Assembly (NCBI GenBank): GCA_002104905.1
Contig: MCFE01000610.1
Location: 1-53,112 of the forward strand
Length of the DNA: 53,112 nucleotides
Direction: 5' to 3'
DNA from: Basidiobolus meristosporus CBS 931.73
Taxonomy: Eukaryota > Fungi > Basidiobolomycota
Both the position numbers and the translations under genes were made by a program. This document shows positions 49,301 through 53,112 of this stretch, piece by piece. How positions within the stretch are numbered: the stretch's first letter is position 1; every line of letters starts with the position of its first letter. The notes under the pieces were generated by a model. It saw only the letters and a list, made by a program, of their open reading frames with translations. It was not told the DNA's origin and searched no databases.

Positions 49301-52300
49301 CTAATTATAGCTTAATAGTTTTTAGTCACATGTCTGTGGGCAATAAGTGGCTGCTGTCAGCCTGATTCTAGCATGATGGTTTTTAGTCACATGTCTGAGG
49401 TCAACAAGTGGCTGCTGTCAGCCTAAATATAGCATGATGGTTTTAAGTCACATGTCTGTGGGCAACCAGTGGCTGCTGTCAGGCTGATTCTAGCGTAATG
49501 GTTTAGTCACATGTCTGAGGGCAACCAGTGGCTGCTGTCAGCCAGATTTTAACGTGAGGGTTTATGTCACAAATTTGCCTTCAGAAATTCAGTCACATGT
49601 CTGTGGGCAACAAGTGGCTGCTGTCAGCCTGATTCTAGCGTAATGGTTTAGTCACATATCTGAGGGCAACCAGTGGCTGCTCTCAGCCTGATTTTAACGT
49701 GAGGGTTTATGTCACAAATTTGCATGCAGAAATTCAGTCACATGTCTGTGGGCAACCAGTGGCTGCTGTCAGCCTAATTATAGCGTAATAGTTTTTAGTC
49801 ACATGTCTGTGGGCAACAAGTGGCTGCTGTCAGCCTGATTCTAGCGTGATGGTTTTTAGTCACGTGTCTGAGGGCAAGCAGTGGCTGCTGTCAGCCTGAT
49901 TTTAACCTGAGGGTTTATGTCACAAATTTGCATGCAGAAATTCAGTCACATGTCTGTGGGCAACCAGTGGCTGCTGTCAGCCATATTTTAGGGTATTTGT
50001 TTTTAGTCACATGCCTGTGGGCAACATGTGGCTGCTGTCAGCGTGATTCTAGCGTGATGGTTTTTAGTCACGTGTCTGAGGGCAACCAGTGGCTGCTGTC
50101 AGCCTGATTTTAACCTGAGGGTTTATGTCACAAATTTGCATGCAGAAATTCAGTCACATGTCTGTGGGCAACCAGTGGCTGCTGTCAGCCTAATTATAGC
50201 TTAATAGTTTTTAGTCACATGTCTGTGGACAATAAGTGGCTGCTGTCAGCCTGATTCTAGCATGATGGTTTTTAGTCACATGTCTGAGGTCAACAAGTGG
50301 CTGCTGTCAGCCTAAATATAGCATGATGGTTTTAAGTCACATGTCTGTGGGCAACCAGTGGCTGCTGTCAGGCTGATTCTAGCGTAATAGTTTAGTCACA
50401 TGTCTGAGGGCAACCAGTGGCTGCTGTCAGCCAGATTTTAACGTGAGGGTTTATGTCACAAATTTGCCTTCAGAAATTCATCACATGTCTGTGGGCAACA
50501 AGTGGCTGCTGTCAGCCATATTTTAGGGTATTGGTTTTTAGTCACATGTCTGTGGGCAACATGTGGCTGCTGTCAGCGTGATTCTAGCGTGATGGTTTTT
50601 AGTCACATGTCTGAGGGCAACCAGTGGCTGCTGTCAGCCTGATTTTAACGTGAGGGTTTATGTCACAAATTTACATGCAGAAATTTAGTCACATGTCTCT
50701 GGGCAACAAGTGGCTGCTGTCAGCCATATTTTAGCGTAATGGTTTTAAGTCACATGTCTGTGGGCAACAAGTGGGTGCTGTCAGCCTGATTCTAGCGTGA
50801 TGGTTTTTAGTCACATGTCTGTGGTCAACAAGTGGCTGCTGTCAGCCTAAATATAGCATGATAGTTTTAAGTCACATGTCTGTGGGCAACTAGTGGCTGC
50901 TGTCAGCCTGATTCTAGCGTAATGGTTTAGTCACATGTCTGAGGGCAACCAGTGGCTGCTGTCAGCCTGATTTTTACGCGATGGTTTAGGTCACATGTCT
51001 GTGGGCAACAAGTGGCTGCTGTCAGCCTAACCCTAAGTCACATGTTTGTGGGCAACAAGTGGCTGCTGTCAGCCTAATTATAGGGTATTGGTTTTTAGTC
51101 ACATGTCTGTGAGCAACATGTGGCTGCTGTCAGCCTGATTCTAGCATGATGGTTTTTAGTCACATGTCTGTGGGCAACCAGTAGCTGCTGTCAGCCATAT
51201 TTTAGCGTAATGGTTTTAAGTCACATGTCTGTGGGCAACAAGTGGCTGCTGTCAGCCTGATGCTAGCGTGATGGTTTTTAGTCACATGTCTGAGGGCAAC
51301 CAGTGGCTGCTGTCAGCCTGATTTTAACATGAGGGTTTATGTCACATTTCTATGGTCAACAAGTGGCTGCTGTCAGCCTAAATATAGCATGATGCTTTTA
51401 AGTCACATGTCTGTGGGCAACCAGTGGCTGCTGTCAGCCTGATTCTAGCGTAATGGTTTAGTCACATGTCTGAGGGCAACCAGTGGCTGCTGTCAGCCTG
51501 ATTTTAACGTGATGGTTTAGGACACATGTCTGTGGGCAACCAGTGGCTGCTGTCAGCCTGATTTTAACCTGAGGGTTTATGTCACAAATTTGCATGCAGA
51601 AATTCAGTCACATGTCTGTGGGCAACCAGTGGCTGCTGTCAGCCTAATTATAGCGTAATAGTTTTTAGTCACATGTCTGTGGGCAATAAGTGGCTGCTGT
51701 CAGCCTGATTTTAACGTGAGGGTTTATGTCACATTTCTGTGGTCAACAAGTGGCTGCTAAGTATAGCATAAGGGGTTTTAAGTCACATGTTTGTGGATAA
51801 CATGTGGCTGCTGTCAGCCTGCTTCTAGCGTAATGGTTTTAGTCATTTGTCTGAGGGCAACATTTGGCTGCTGTCAGCCTGTTTTTAACGTGATGGTTTA
51901 GGTCACATGTCTGTGGGCAACCAGTGGCTGCTGTCAGCCTGATTTTAACGTGATGGTTTAGGTCACATGTCTGTGAGCAACCAGTGGCTGCTGTCAGCCT
52001 AATTCTAGCGTGATGGTTTTGAGTCACATGTCTGTGGGCAACCAGTGGCTGCTGTCTGCCTGATTCTAACGTAATGGTTTAGCCACATGTTGGTGGGCAA
52101 CAAGTGGCTGCTGTCAGCCTAAGTATAGCATAAGGGGTTTTAAGTCACATGTTTGTGGATAACAAGTGGCTGCTGTCAGCCTGCATCTAGCTTAATGGTT
52201 TTAGTCATTTGTCTGAGGGCAACATTTGGCTGCTGTCAGCCTGTTTTTAACGTGATGGTTTAGGTCACATGTCTGTGGGCAACAAGTGGCTGCTGTTAGC

Positions 52301-53112
52301 CTAAATATAGCATGATGGTTTTAAGTCACATGTCTGTGGGCAACCAGTGGCTGCTGTCAGCCTGATTCTAGCGTGATGGTTTTTAGTCACATGTCTGAGG
52401 GAACCAGTGGATGCTGTCAGCCTGATTTTAACGTGAGGGTTTATGTCACAAATTTGCATGCAGAAATTCAGTCACAAGTCTGTGGGCAACCAGTGGCTGC
52501 TGTCAGCCTAATTATAGCGTAATAGTTTTTAGTCACATGTCTGTGGGCAATAAGTGGCTGCTGTCAGCCTGATTCTAGCATGATGGTTTTTAGTCACATG
52601 TCTGAGGTCAACAAGTGGCTGCTGTCAGCCTAAATATAGCATGATGGTTTTAATTCACATGTCTGTGGGCAACCAGTGGCTGCTGTCAGCCTGATTCTAG
52701 CGTAATGGTTTAGACACATGTCTGAGGGCAACCAGTGGCTGCTGTCAGCCTGATTTTAACGTGAGGGTTTATGTCACAAATTTGCATGCAGAAATTCAGT
52801 CACATGTCTGTGGGCAACAAGTGGCTGCTGTCAGCCATATTTTAGGGTATTGGTTTTTGGTCACATGTCTGTGGGCAACATGTGACTGCTGTCAGCGTGA
52901 TTCTAGTGTGATTGTTTTTAGTCACATGTCTGAGGGCAACCAGTGGCTGCTGACAGCCTGATTTTAACGTGAGGGTTTATGTCACATTTCTGTTGTCAAC
53001 AAGTGGCTGATGTCAGCCTAAATATAGCATGATGCTTTTAAGTCACATGTCTGTGGGCAACCAGTGGCTGCTGTCAGCCTGATTCTAGCGTAATGGATTA
53101 GTCACATGTCTG
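43400..53112 (-). repeat. Satellite array II, ~59-62 bp monomer, inverted relative to array I, about 155-160 monomers, runs off the window end
   Basis: GTCACATGTCTGTGGGCAACCAGTGGCTGCTGTCAGC (reverse complement of the array I core) plus a 22-25 bp linker family (ctgattctagcgtgatggttttta and variants). Confidence 0.97.

Noticed and set aside
43400-53112. CRISPR array (37-bp palindromic repeat plus 22-25 bp spacers); the same applies to 19880-28450
   Set aside because: The spacers are a few mutually alignable variants reused many times in ordered blocks. There are no cas genes or leader, and the context is eukaryotic. This is a satellite.

Overview
Eukaryotic DNA, most consistent with a fungus: there is a GTATGT..TACTAAC..TAG intron, TATA promoters and Ty3/gypsy relics. 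The lineage cannot be fixed from the sequence. The window has four parts. (1) ~0.4-10.7 kb is a CpG-rich island built from ~2.75-3.4 kb tandem duplications. It holds four intact minus-strand genes for secreted precursors (signal peptide, acidic pro-region, 45-48 aa cationic Gly/Tyr/Arg/Trp peptide ending C-D-W-G/D-C) plus decayed copies. A second family of small secreted proteins is interleaved on the plus strand; its one intact member (6199-6625) is spliced and is only partly caught by the ORF track. (2) ~11-19.9 kb is CpG-depleted relic DNA with an intact 333-aa ORF, a decayed CACTA/EnSpm-like transposase, a ~570-bp palindrome and a diverged inverted repeat pair. (3) Two arrays of one ~60-62 bp satellite family (~19.9-28.4 kb and ~43.4 kb to the window end) lie in opposite orientation. 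They share a 36-37 bp core containing GTCACATG but use different linker families, have higher-order structure, and show signs of sequence exchange. (4) The ~15 kb between the arrays holds two convergent, decayed Ty3/gypsy elements of one LTR family and a 248-bp tandem repeat. The arrays look CRISPR-like but are satellites. A centromeric or pericentromeric (possibly subtelomeric) role is a hypothesis only. All alignments and counts were done by eye, and coordinates of degenerate features are approximate.
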